Positions 51,521 to 63,400 of a DNA stretch of 64,000 nucleotides are shown piece by piece. How positions within the stretch are numbered: the stretch's first letter is position 1; each line of letters opens with the position of its first letter. The notes under the pieces are model-generated. The model saw only the letters and a program-made list of their open reading frames with translations, was not told the DNA's origin and did not search any database. Source of the stretch: Paraphysomonas bandaiensis (Eukaryota > Protista > Chrysophyceae); contig CBFFRP010000430.1 in NCBI GenBank assembly GCA_965644295.1, forward strand, positions 62,001-126,000, written 5' to 3'. Both the position numbers and the translations under genes were made by a program.

Positions 51521-52697
51521 ATGAACCTATCAAACCCTATAACAAGACGAATGGGCATAACCCCACCACAATTAATAAGAAATATGGCAACTTTTAATAT
51601 ACAAAAAAAGAAAACGAAATCCAAATCACCATTTCGTAAACATCCTCATATAAGAGATAATCGTCCTATCATACAGAAACAACGAAGAATAAATGAAGAA
51701 CATGAACAGATTGCTCAGGGTATGGGATTACCATGGCGTATTGTAGGGGCCTCGTAAGTAGTATAGTATACATACAATCGTATATATAGTAACACTATTC
51801 ATATATATCAGAATTCTTCATCGATATCCAACTCTTTCACCTGATATTCCGAAATGGGAAGCAGATTTTGTAGACATGAGAAATAAAATCGACAATAAGA
51901 ATCGTCAGGTGCTTTCATTGAGTGCAGAGGGCGTATGATGTAATATATATGATTATTTAGGCTTTCAAGGATAAAACTAAGGGGACAGATCTCGATATTA
52001 TTCCAGATGAGAATCCTGTAAGTGGATGATGTCAAATTTTATTGCACTGTAATGCTGTGGCAGAGTTTTGACGAAATCGTGGCGACGCTTCCATTCAAAC
52101 CCGCCTCCCGTATCACCCCAGCTGGTGTGTCACTATTCTTTCCTATAATGTTCTTGAATGATATATGTAGATGAGGCGGATGACCGACGCTCTATGGATC
52201 GGAAGATGGCACAATCCCTGTACCTGGTGGTGAAGAGGAATCGCGAAAACAACATGTGGCAGTTCCCACAGGGAAAGTGGCTCGAGAATGAAACCCTACG
52301 AGAGGTACTGATAGTTGCCTGTATTTTCATTGCTTAGCTAACATGTTTATGAAAAGACTGCGGAAAGAATTAATAACAGATCTGTGGGTAATTTGAACCG
52401 GTGGTTCATTAGTAACGCCCCCATGGGGCACTACTGCTACGCCTACCCAAAGGAGCTCCAACAGCAGAGGAAGCAATACGGCGCCAAGGTATTTTTCTAC
52501 CGATCACAGTATCTCGACGGGGATATCAAGCTTGAGACCAGACTCTACACTGACTATGCCTGGATTGCTAGGTGAGTTGAATCGACATCTTTTCAAGGCG
52601 ATGAATCTGACAACTGATATCTATTCATAGGAGCGAGGTGGGAGAGTACTTTGATCCAGATATGGCGGAATACTTAGACGCCCTCCTGCCCAATTAA
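51521..52697 (+). CDS. MRPL46: Mitochondrial ribosomal protein mL46 (Nudix-like); multi-exon
   Basis: PASRITPA/DEADDRRSMDRKMAQSLYLVVKR...WQFPQGK...ETLRE/TAER...NAPMGHY...AKVFFYRSQYL..DYAW. Confidence 0.9.
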
Positions 52698-53519
52698 TGG
52701 TTAGTGGTATAGCTGAGGCAGTGGAAGTGTAATAGAAGCACAAGGTTACGAAATTCATGAAGTATTTATGCAATATAATAACGATTCATGGCAAGTATTT
52801 TCTATATCCTCAACGTTTAATGAACACAAGGCCAACGCAGTTGGAAGGTGTTGTGACAGTATATATAAACCGTTGCTAGAAGCTATGTCATTCCTTATCA
52901 TTGCACAATAGACAATAAGAGCGTGATTACAAATTACAACACGCATGACTTGATATTCATAGACTTATAATTTATCGATAGTGTTCCACCAATTTCTAAG
53001 TATAAACCAGTATAGTTTTTTATTCACTGATATTAGCAGTGTTAAGTGTTAGACCACAAACCCTATATGTAGTCAGTGTTTGAAACACTGAGCTTGGAAT
53101 GTGGAATACAATAGCTAGTAGCTAGGTGTTGGTGTGTTGTGCACAAAGTTCACCATTATATCTTATATCATGTAACATAATTATGATAGTGTGATTGACT
53201 ACACAAAACACTTGCACATTTGTTCGTACGACGTACGACTTCTAACATTCAATTGTAATTATTACATTTGCATCATTGCACAGCTTACAGTCAACCACAA
53301 GGTAGGTAACACAGAACTACAAACAACTACAATGGCACCATATTTTCAACTGTGGATGTAAAAACTATTCAGGCCTTAGTTTTAACCCTTGTGTCAACAA
53401 CTGCATGCTGTAACTGGTGCTCTGCGTATCATCCGAATGCTACTCTATTTACATATTACACATCTCTACATGTCACATAGAAGACACTGGACATGACGAA
53501 TGTCAAGAGTCTTGTATTA

Positions 53520-55417
53520 CTACTCGTCTTTCTGGATAAGAATTGACCCATCAAGACAATAGATATTTTCTCCCGGTGGAGCGCCTATAGACTCACGAGA
53601 GGTGTACAATACATCGTCCGCAGAAAATCCACCCCACACTCTCGTACCAGTAGACAGAAAAGAAACGACAGGATATAGGTTAGACGTTCCCGTCATGATC
53701 TCCCCAATCTCAGAGTGAGCTGACCAGGGAAGAGAAAGAGGGTACCCGTTTAGTGAAAAGCGAATATCCATGCAGTCTCCAGGCTCCTCCACCAGATCTT
53801 CTCCGCTGATCATATTCTCAGAGGGATCAACACTGAATGAGCTCCACGAGTCTGTCTTTGAAAAGCTCATAGGTCGTGAGTCAGCCGTTGCTGCACGGAT
53901 GTTGCTCGTATTCTCCGGCGAAGTCGAAGTGGGACGAGAGAGGCTAGCTCCTGCGGCTGCTGCAGATGAAGCAATGTATACTAACACCCCGATACGGTCT
54001 CCTGAAGACACAGTGGTCTGCACCTGATAAGATGCCGAACGCTCATAATCGATGTCGTCGTCCATCTCTCCGCAAACACTGACTACTCCATCGCACGACA
54101 GGCCGATTGATCGTTCAGATTTACCCACCATCGAATCGATAGGAAAGTCACACGAGGCAAGTCCAACAGCCACACCAGGATGACAAGAATCCTCTGTTCC
54201 ATTCTGTGCCGATGGGGCTCGCAAAGACCGGATAAAGAACTCCAGGTAAACGAAAGCATTTCGCATGACAGGAAGAGTTGCTCGAGTACTGCAGGGCTGC
54301 AAATTGCCAAGAGGGTCCGTGACGGGGCTGCTACGTACACCCTGCGCTGGAGAGACAGTCAAGTGGCGGTACGCAGAATGGTTCCCGTTGGAAAGTCGAA
54401 TACACTGCGACGTATGGTAAGGATCAAAAGTGCCAAATTTACCCTTCACAAGAAGCTTAGAAGCTAGACGGCGTTGATGCTCATCCCTCTCCGCAACCTC
54501 TCTGGCTTGTAAACGCAACTTATCTCGTGCTATGAAGACGAGGTTATTAGCCCTCTCGGTGGAGCGGGACATACATGCTGCCCGTGACTCTGGAGACGGA
54601 GGAAATGAGCCCGGCGTAACAGACTGTAGTAAACTGAGTGTTAATAGCGATCACATCCACTGAACATACTGTACCTCAGCCTCTGACCATTCGGTGTTTG
54701 TTCGACTTCTCTGTGGGGAGGATTTGACGCGGACAAGTGCGTGAAATGGGTGGGTTGGCACATCGTAGTGCATCATTCGACGCATCCGTTTGCGATACAT
54801 CGCTGGAATAGGGTTTCGATCCTCATACTCACGATACTCAAGTAGCTCAGCCATCTCATCGCCTAACTCTTCTTCACTATCCACAGATGAGCCGTATATA
54901 GCAGCCACTAATACCTAAATACGATGTGAACATGAGACGTTAAAAGTATAGTGCAAAAACCTCCAGTAGGGTCTGAAGAATCCAATTGATAATATCAATG
55001 AAAGTACTCTTTCGGATATGATGATACAAACCAAGCACTACATATCATATGAGATATAAATCAGTTCACATAATTAGCAAACACACCTGAATCGTGAAAG
55101 GCAACTATATGCACAACTAGTCTATTAATCCGAGGGCTTCTACGTGCACTTACTTTAACGATAATGATCAAATACTTGAGTGTAAGAGTACAAAAAAACA
55201 GTGGTAACCATACATATAAATAGTATAGTATGATAATAGGCAGACGACGTATGGATTGTATAGATATATATGAGAAGAGGGATAGCTTAGTCTTATGATA
55301 GTTAATGTCCTCTGCTGCTGCAGTGCTTCTGTGAAGGATATCGTCCACAGTGTTTGCTGCACTGATAATAAGACGACCTGTTTTAGATTGCTGTATATCA
55401 TATAAGACACTGAACAT
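53520..55417 (-). CDS. SPRY-domain protein with N-terminal hydrophobic/TM region; multi-exon
   Basis: IRLSNGN, VYLEF, VAVGLA, MVGKSERSIGL, GDRIGVLV, FSLNG, LYPVVS; upstream ORFs 54651-54908 and 55061-55417 on the same strand. Confidence 0.7.
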
Positions 55418-55741
55418 GCTGTGTATATGTATGTATGTCTGTGTATATGTATGTATGTGTCTGTGTGTAGATGTGTATGTATGTGTGTGTGAGAGAGAGA
55501 GAAGACGAGAGATTAAGACATAAGGGAGAGGTAGACAGAGAGTAAGGCTCAGGTGTGAGGAGAGAGGAGGTGATGGATGGTTATTAGAGAGGGGTGAGTA
55601 AGAGCTGATCTATTCCTATAAGTGTGTGTTAACACCATATCATACACATACACATACACAGACAGACACACGTATCTGTGCGTAGACTTTCTCGGACTTC
55701 GGACTTCCCTCCTACACATCTTGACATTGCTGCTGTACGTA

Positions 55742-55747
<6 letters not shown>

Positions 55748-55777
<30 letters not shown>

Positions 55778-56168
55778 CATACATACATACATACATACAT
55801 ACATACATACATACATACATACATACATACATACATACATACATACATACATACATACATACATACATACATACATACATACATACATACATACATACAT
55901 ACATACATACATACATACATACATACATACATACATACATACATACATACATACATACATACATACATACATACATACATACATACATACATACATACAT
56001 ACATACATACATACATACATACATACATACATACATACATACATACTGTACATACATACATACATACATACATACATACATGCATACATACATACATACA
56101 TACATACATACATACATACATACATACATACATACATACATACATACATACATACATACATACATACA
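55748..56168 (+). repeat. (TACA)n microsatellite
   Basis: About 420 bp near-perfect tandem between the divergent SPRY and SMIM7 genes. Confidence 0.99.
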
Positions 56169-56318
56169 GTGTATATACGTACCTACCCACACACACCATA
56201 GTATCATAGTCCTCCTATATGTTATTTCCTGACTTGCAGTGAATAACGAGAATAATCAGTAACCTCTAGGTACATAGACATTAACAGAGACATCCAGAAT
56301 CCACTTTAAACTCACATA

Positions 56319-56561
56319 ATGGCAGTGTTCTCTGTGACTGATATTTTGATATCCATAACGTTAATCACTAATGGACTGGCCCTTATATCCCCCGATATGA
56401 TCAGAGTGTCTCCAGGACAAGGAGATACACAGTCAGTAGATTATATTTCACAAACAAAACGTCGTTTACAATCTTTGATGTTGAAAATGAGAAAGCTTTC
56501 TTGTCTTATTGCAGTGTGGAATGTTTTCTTTTTGCTTTTAATGGTGTTTGTATTCAGTTAG
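56319..56561 (+). CDS. SMIM7: Small integral membrane protein 7-like
   Basis: 80 aa, two TM segments; DILISITLITNGLALI...LIAVWNVFFLLLMVFVFS matches the SMIM7 pattern (DILLFGTLLMNA...IALWNIFMMFCMIVLF). Confidence 0.72.
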   Translation: MAVFSVTDILISITLITNGLALISPDMIRVSPGQGDTQSVDYISQTKRRLQSLMLKMRKLSCLIAVWNVFFLLLMVFVFS

Positions 56562-58236
56562 TAGTTTTACTTTGCATCAGATACATGTAGATTATACCTT
56601 TACATATAGATATTGTCGTATATTGTGCATAATTTATTTAATCTTATTTGCTATGTATTATATACACATGTTTATGAACAATTGGGGCCGTAGAGGTGAT
56701 AAACCGCTTCTATGGTGTGAATCATCGTCAGCTGGATGCTATGTCACTCGCGACTGTCATTTGTCGAAATATAAACCAAAAAGATGTGAACTAACAAAGG
56801 TGCTGTATTAATCTTATCTAAAATGTTTTAGAGATTCATTGCTGAATAGCCGTAGCTATCGCATATCCCGCCCTGCGATCTGCGATCTACATTAAAGAGA
56901 TGTTAAGTGAAAGTCAGTCCACTTCAAGACATAATTATGAAAATTGTGAAGTACTATGTGCTATTTGATTTTGTGATAGAAAGCTTAATATCATTCACAC
57001 ATGACGTAGCCCTCATGAAATCATATATTACACTTTTCACGCATTAGGTATGAATGTATGAAGTATGAAGAACATATAACATCGAGCAATGCGCTACAAA
57101 TTGTACTCAACATTTTTAATGTTAAAGTATATTCAAATTAAGAGGATTATCACATTAAAGTCTAACGCCAATTCGAACTTGTTCTCCAAATAATCTCTCT
57201 ATCATACACTACACGAAGTACACAAGTCTAGTTTGTTCCTACAACAAATGCAATCAGTTGCTGTTGTCAATACTCTCTCGTATAGTTAGAGCTGCCCACT
57301 CCAATCTTTCCAGCTGATATACGATGTATACTAGATCATCTTACACAGTATACGGTTTTGAAAAAATGATAATAATCTATGCTGTTGCACGAGCATGTTA
57401 TATATAATATATATATAGGTAACTATTTTCCCAGGTACTAACTACTAACTAATCTGTTGTCCACTGCCTATCCATTCGACATCCACTCTCCTCGATACAT
57501 AACTTGTAAAAAGATAGTGACAATGAGTACTACAGATTCATTTCAAACGGGAGGCACTGCTTCATATTTACCATACCGGCATGAAGTGCATAGAGGTCGT
57601 TCTCATGATAGTGTGTATCCACACAGTGGGTTAAATAACACAGAGCAGATATATGCTACATGAGGTCGTAGTTAACTTTACTATACTGCTTATATTTCAT
57701 GCACGTATGTAGTCTCTGTTACAGCATGAGTTCGAGCGATAGATGAAATGTCAACTATAATTGCGCGCAATGTGTAATAACAAAGAGCAACATTCGTATA
57801 GATTAAGGCATCATACGGCCTATGAACACTCTGCGCGCCATACTATACGTCACACAGCAGTGCACAGTGACATCAAGTGGAGAGCCACGCACCAATTATC
57901 TCTCTGAATCAAAAGTCTGTTGATGGATACTTCTTGCTCTGTTGGGGTTCTGTATTCTTGGTATACCTGATATACTAATGACATAAGTACGAAGAGAAAT
58001 GAGACGGTAGATAGAGGATGTTCTTTTAGTACTTGAAGTGACTGTATAAGAAACGCATAGGGTTCATTGTTACGCATGGTGGTATGTTTTGCAGTGTTTT
58101 GTGTATGGCTGTAGGATTGAAGCATAGTTTCCTCTTGCCAACGAGTTCTGTAGTAACTGCAAAGAGAACCTACGTTTTGACTACCTGTAGTGTAGACTGT
58201 ACGAAAAGGTAACGGGGGTGTACTGTCCGTGTACGA

Positions 58237-60056
58237 TCTGTAGCATCTGTTAACGAGTAGACCGAGTACCGTATTTTTTTCTGCGTAAGAAGAAATTATG
58301 CTTCTAACCTGTCTCCTTCCTTTACCAGGTTTTGGTATTACCTCGACTTTTAGCTAGACATACAAACACTGACTGTATGTACACAGTGGGAGACGATGTG
58401 TCCTTGTAGAGTGTCCGGTCTTGCTGCGCTTCGTTCGCCACTAGTCTGGCCTTTATCTTCTCGAATCTACCTAGGTCATTATATTTCGTCTTCAGGAATA
58501 TAAGTGCCTGGGAAGATTTGAGAAGGTAAAGGCCAGACTAGTAGCGAACGGAGCGCAGCAAGACCGGAAACTCTACAAGGACACATCGTCAGAGGTAATA
58601 ATGGAACTGGAGCCCATAAGTCGATGTGATGCCCAAACCTGGTAAAGCGGTCGAAACCTGGTGAAATTTTGAAAATGTTGATTTAAGTTAAAGTTTTGTT
58701 GCGTTTTGCAATTAATAATGTAGTAGGTGTAAAGAGAACATGTTTTTAGAGACATTTAATAAATTTTATATTAGTTACAGGTCAAAAAAGTGAGAATACA
58801 ACGGTTACATTATACATAGTAGTGCTGCCTATACCCTAATACAACATATAGCCATCACATAACCAATAGGTCACATGCTGACAACGATACTGAAGAAACT
58901 GGACCCCAACATCCAACCATATATAGACGAGAGGGGGAGACTTCTGGTGCGCCTGGACAGAGCCCTATATGGATGTGTTCAGAGCGCGAAGCTATGGTAT
59001 GATACGATCAGAGCTTACCTGGAGAGCTCACCTGGAGAGCTCTGATCGTATCGTACCATAGCTTCGCACTCTGAACACATCATAGGATTCGTGGCCAACT
59101 CGGTGGACCAATTCAACAGGACGGTTAATGGCAACCAGTGCACGGTAACCCTACACGTGGACGACTTGTTAGTAATGTCGCAGGACAAGGGTGATGCAGT
59201 ACGGCTGGTGGAGAAGCTGAAAAGGCAATATGGTGAGGTAAAATATTGTGATGACAAGGACATGTCGTATTTAGGTATGCATGTGAGTATGATAGATGAC
59301 AACGCAGTGGTGTCAATGAGGGCCTACCTGAACGGGGTGCTGGAGGAGGCAGCGGCCACAGGCGGAGCAGCGTCTCCAGCGACATCATCATTGCTCTCAC
59401 GGGGAGCAGAGCAGAAGTTGGGCAGAAACGAGCCTGCCAATTTTCACTCCGTGGTGAAAAAGTTGTTGTCCCTGGCGATAAGAGTTATCCCAGATTTTTT
59501 ACTCAGCATTGCGTACCTCACCACGAGAGTTAAGGGTCCAACAATAAGATCAGCAGAAGCTTGATCGAGTGCTGAAGTACCTCGCGCAAACAAGGGATCA
59601 AGACCTGCAATTGAGGATTGGAGCACAACTGCGAATAAGGAGCTGTATTGACGCGTCGTTTGCCACCCACGAAGTCGGTAAAGGGTACATCGATGTCGTC
59701 GTACAAATTGGAGGATCCACTAGCATACAACAAGAGAGACTTACAATAGCATACATGTCGAAGTACCTGCGAGTGAGACATGCTTTGGTTAAAGAGCTGC
59801 ACGATAATAGGTGAGTACTTACCTACTGGAAAGATGTTGGCTGATTTGCTAACGAAGATCTTGCAGGGTAACTTGTTTCGCCATTTGATATCGTATCGTT
59901 GGGATCGCATAGACACATACAGGGGTGCGAAGAGAGATGAGACAGTGCAGTAGATGATGCATAGACGAGCAAAGACAACATGCATGTCGTAGACGGTATG
60001 AAAAGAATCTGTAGCGTCCGTTAACGAGTAGACTGAGAACCGTATTTTTTCTTGCA
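58237..60056 (+). mobile_element. Decayed, rearranged Copia relic (different family, apparently TG...CA LTR)
   Basis: RT/RNase H fragments (KVKARLVANG, RALYGCVQSAKLWY, LHVDDLL, IDASFATH, MLADLLTK) with stops and frameshifts; putative 3' LTR 59926-60056 after ACAGGGG; about 45 bp of its end repeated at 58237-58283. Confidence 0.8.
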
Positions 60057-60064
60057 AAGTGTAC

Positions 60065-60071
60065 GTCTATG

Positions 60072-60103
<32 letters not shown>

Positions 60104-60129
60104 TGTATGTATGTATGTATGTATGTATG

Positions 60130-60160
<31 letters not shown>

Positions 60161-60190
60161 GTATGTAGGTAGGTAGGTAGGTAGGTAGGT
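60065..60190 (+). repeat. (TATG)n / (TAGG)n microsatellite
   Basis: Visible tandem, about 300 bp upstream of the 60490 ATG. Confidence 0.95.
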
Positions 60191-60489
60191 ACAGCAGTAG
60201 GTATGTAGGTCTATGTATAGCGTGTACTGCTGTATGTATAATAACGGCTGGTATGTTCAGTGAGGGTATATATGCATATATTTAAAGTGAAGAATAGAAT
60301 AAATTGAAGTCACTTCGACTTCGTCTTCGTCTTCATAAGATGTATGTATATGTGCCTATATATAAGGACTCATACAGTAATATGACCACATGATACATAC
60401 ATACATATATACATACATGTCTAGGCAGGCATAGAGACATAATCACATACATACATACATACATACCACTCTATCAGCCCATCACATCA

Positions 60490-63400
60490 ATGAATACATT
60501 AATAAACAAACTAAAATCTGTATTCCCATGTTGGTTTATACAACCACGTGTTACCCCAACACAATACTATTGTGTCATATGCTTTGAGGAAGGCAAAGTA
60601 CGTCCATGTTGTAAAACAGTCTATTGCGATTATGACTATAGTAAATATCAAAGTTGTCCTAATTGTCATAATGAAACAAAAGAAGATAAACTTTCTGGTG
60701 CAGTTTTTATGATTGCACCGTTTAGTGAACATGAGGAGTGTAGAATATGCCTTGGACCGGGATTAAAACGAAGATGTTGTGGGAATTACTACTGTGATGA
60801 GTGCTATTGTAAGTCTCTCTTGTTGTATGCTATGCTGTGATGACTGTTATGTGTGAGGAGTGCTATTGTAAGTCTCTCTTGTCGTGTGTGTTGACTGTGA
60901 GGAGTGCTATTGTAAGTCTCTCTTGTTGTATGCTATGCTATGCTGTGATGACTGTTATGTGTGATGAGTGCTATTGTAAGTCTCTCTTGTTGTATGCTAT
61001 GCTATGCTGTGATGACTGTTATGTGTGATGAGTGCTATTGTAAGTCTCTCTTGTTGTGTGTGTTGACTGTGATGAGTGCTATTGTAAGTCTCTCTTGTTG
61101 TATGCTATGCTGTGTTGACTGTTATGTGTGATGAGTGCTATTGTAAGTCTCTCTTGTTATGTGTGTTGACTGTGATGAGTGCTATTGTAAGTCTCTATTG
61201 TTGTGTGTGTTGACTGTTATGTGTGATGAGTGCTATTGTAAGTCTCTCTTGTTGTATGCTATGCTGTGTTGACTGTTATGTGTGATGAGTGCTATTGTAA
61301 GTCTCTCTTGTTGTATGCTATGCTGTGTTGACTGTTATGTGTGATGAGTGCTATTGTAAGTCTCTCTTGTTGTGTGTGTTGACTGTGAGGAGTGCTATTG
61401 TAAGTCTCTCTTGTTATGTGTGTTGACTGTGAGGAGTGCTATTGTAAGTCTCTCTTGTTGTGTGTGTTGACTGTGATGACTGTGGTGAGTGCTATTGTAA
61501 GTCTCCTTGTTGTATGCTATGCTGTGATGACTGCTATTGTAAGCCTCTCTTGTTGTATGCTATGCTGTGTTGACTGTTATGTGTGATGAGTGCTATTGTA
61601 AGTTACTCCTGTTGTGTGTGTTGACTGTTATGTGTGATGAGTGCTATTGTAAGTCTCTCTTGTTGTGTGTGTTGACTGTTATGTGTGATGAGTGCTATTG
61701 TAAGTCTCTCTTGTTGTATGCTATGCTGTGTTGACTGTTATGTGTGATGAGTGCTATTGTAAGTCTCTCTTGTTGTGTGTGTTGACTGTGATGAGTGCTA
61801 TTGTAAGTCTCTCTTGTTATGTGTGTTGACTGTGATGAGTGCTATTGTAAGTCTCTCTTGTTGTATGCTATGCTATGCTGTGATGACTGTTATGTGTGAT
61901 GAGTGCTATTGTAAGTCTCTCTTGTTGTATGCTATGCTATGCTGTGATGACTGTTATGTGTGATGAGTGCTATTGTAAGTCTCTCTTGTTGTGTGTGTTG
62001 ACTGTGATGAGTGCTATTGTAAGTCTCTCTTGTTGTATGCTATGCTGTGTTGACTGTTATGTGTGATGAGTGCTATTGTAAGTCTCTCTTGTTATGTGTG
62101 TTGACTGTGATGAGTGCTATTGTAAGTCTCTATTGTTGTGTGTGTTGACTGTTATGTGTGATGAGTGCTATTGTAAGTCTCTCTTGTTGTATGCTATGCT
62201 GTGTTGACTGTTATGTGTGATGAGTGCTATTGTAAGTCTCTCTTGTTGTATGCTATGCTGTGTTGACTGTTATGTGTGATGAGTGCTATTGTAAGTCTCT
62301 CTTGTTGTGTGTGTTGACTGTGAGGAGTGCTATTGTAAGTCTCTCTTGTTATGTGTGTTGACTGTGAGGAGTGCTATTGTAAGTCTCTCTTGTTGTGTGT
62401 GTTGACTGTGATGACTGTGGTGAGTGCTATTGTAAGTCTCCTTGTTGTATGCTATGCTGTGATGACTGCTATTGTAAGCCTCTCTTGTTGTATGCTATGC
62501 TGTGTTGACTGTTATGTGTGATGAGTGCTATTGTAAGTTACTCCTGTTGTGTGTGTTGACTGTTATGTGTGATGAGTGCTATTGTAAGTCTCTCTTGTTG
62601 TGTGTGTTGACTGTTATGTGTGATGAGTGCTATTGTAAGTCTCTCTTGTTGTATGCTATGCTGTGTTGACTGTTATGTGTGATGAGTGCTATTGTAAGTC
62701 TCTCTTGTTGTGTGTGTTGACTGTGATGAGTGCTATTGTAAGTCTCTCTTGTTATGTGTGTTGACTGTGATGAGTGCTATTGTAAGTCTCTCTTGTTATG
62801 TGTGTTGACTGTGAGGAGTGCTATTGTAAGTCTCTCTTGTTGTATGCTATGCTATGCTGTGTTGACTGTTATGTGTGTTGACTGTGATGACTCTGATGAG
62901 TGCTATTGTAAGCCTCTGTTGTTGTATGCTCTGTGTGTTGACTGTGATGACTGTGGTGAGTGCTATTGTAAGTCTCCTTGTTGTATGCTATGCTGTGATG
63001 ACTGCTATTGTAAGCCTCTCTTGTTGTATGCTATGCTGTGATGACTGTTATGTGTGATGACTGTGATGGGTGCTATTGTGAGTTTCTCCTGTTATGTGTG
63101 TTGACTGTGATAAATGTTATGTGTGTATTGTGTTTGCAACTAACATCGATGTATAGATAAATTTCCTCAATGCCGAGCTTGTGACAAACCAACTACCAAC
63201 CGTGGTCTTAATCAGCAGCTTAAAAACCAGGCTTCTCTATTTACTGTTGTATTAGGGTGGGTTCTAACCCTCTTCCTTGTGCTATCCCTTATGGCGGTAG
63301 CAATCATGCTTTCTGTGAATGAGCTTGCTACGCCTGAAGGTCTCTACGACTACAAATGCTACGGATTCTTCACTGAGTGCGACACCCCAGTGTGTGTCGA

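Noticed and set aside
60793-63120. CRISPR-like array or Cys-rich metallothionein-like ORFs (CDECYCK repeats)
   Set aside because: Intervening sequences are variants of each other rather than unique spacers, there are no cas genes, and frames are frequently stopped; it is an intronic minisatellite
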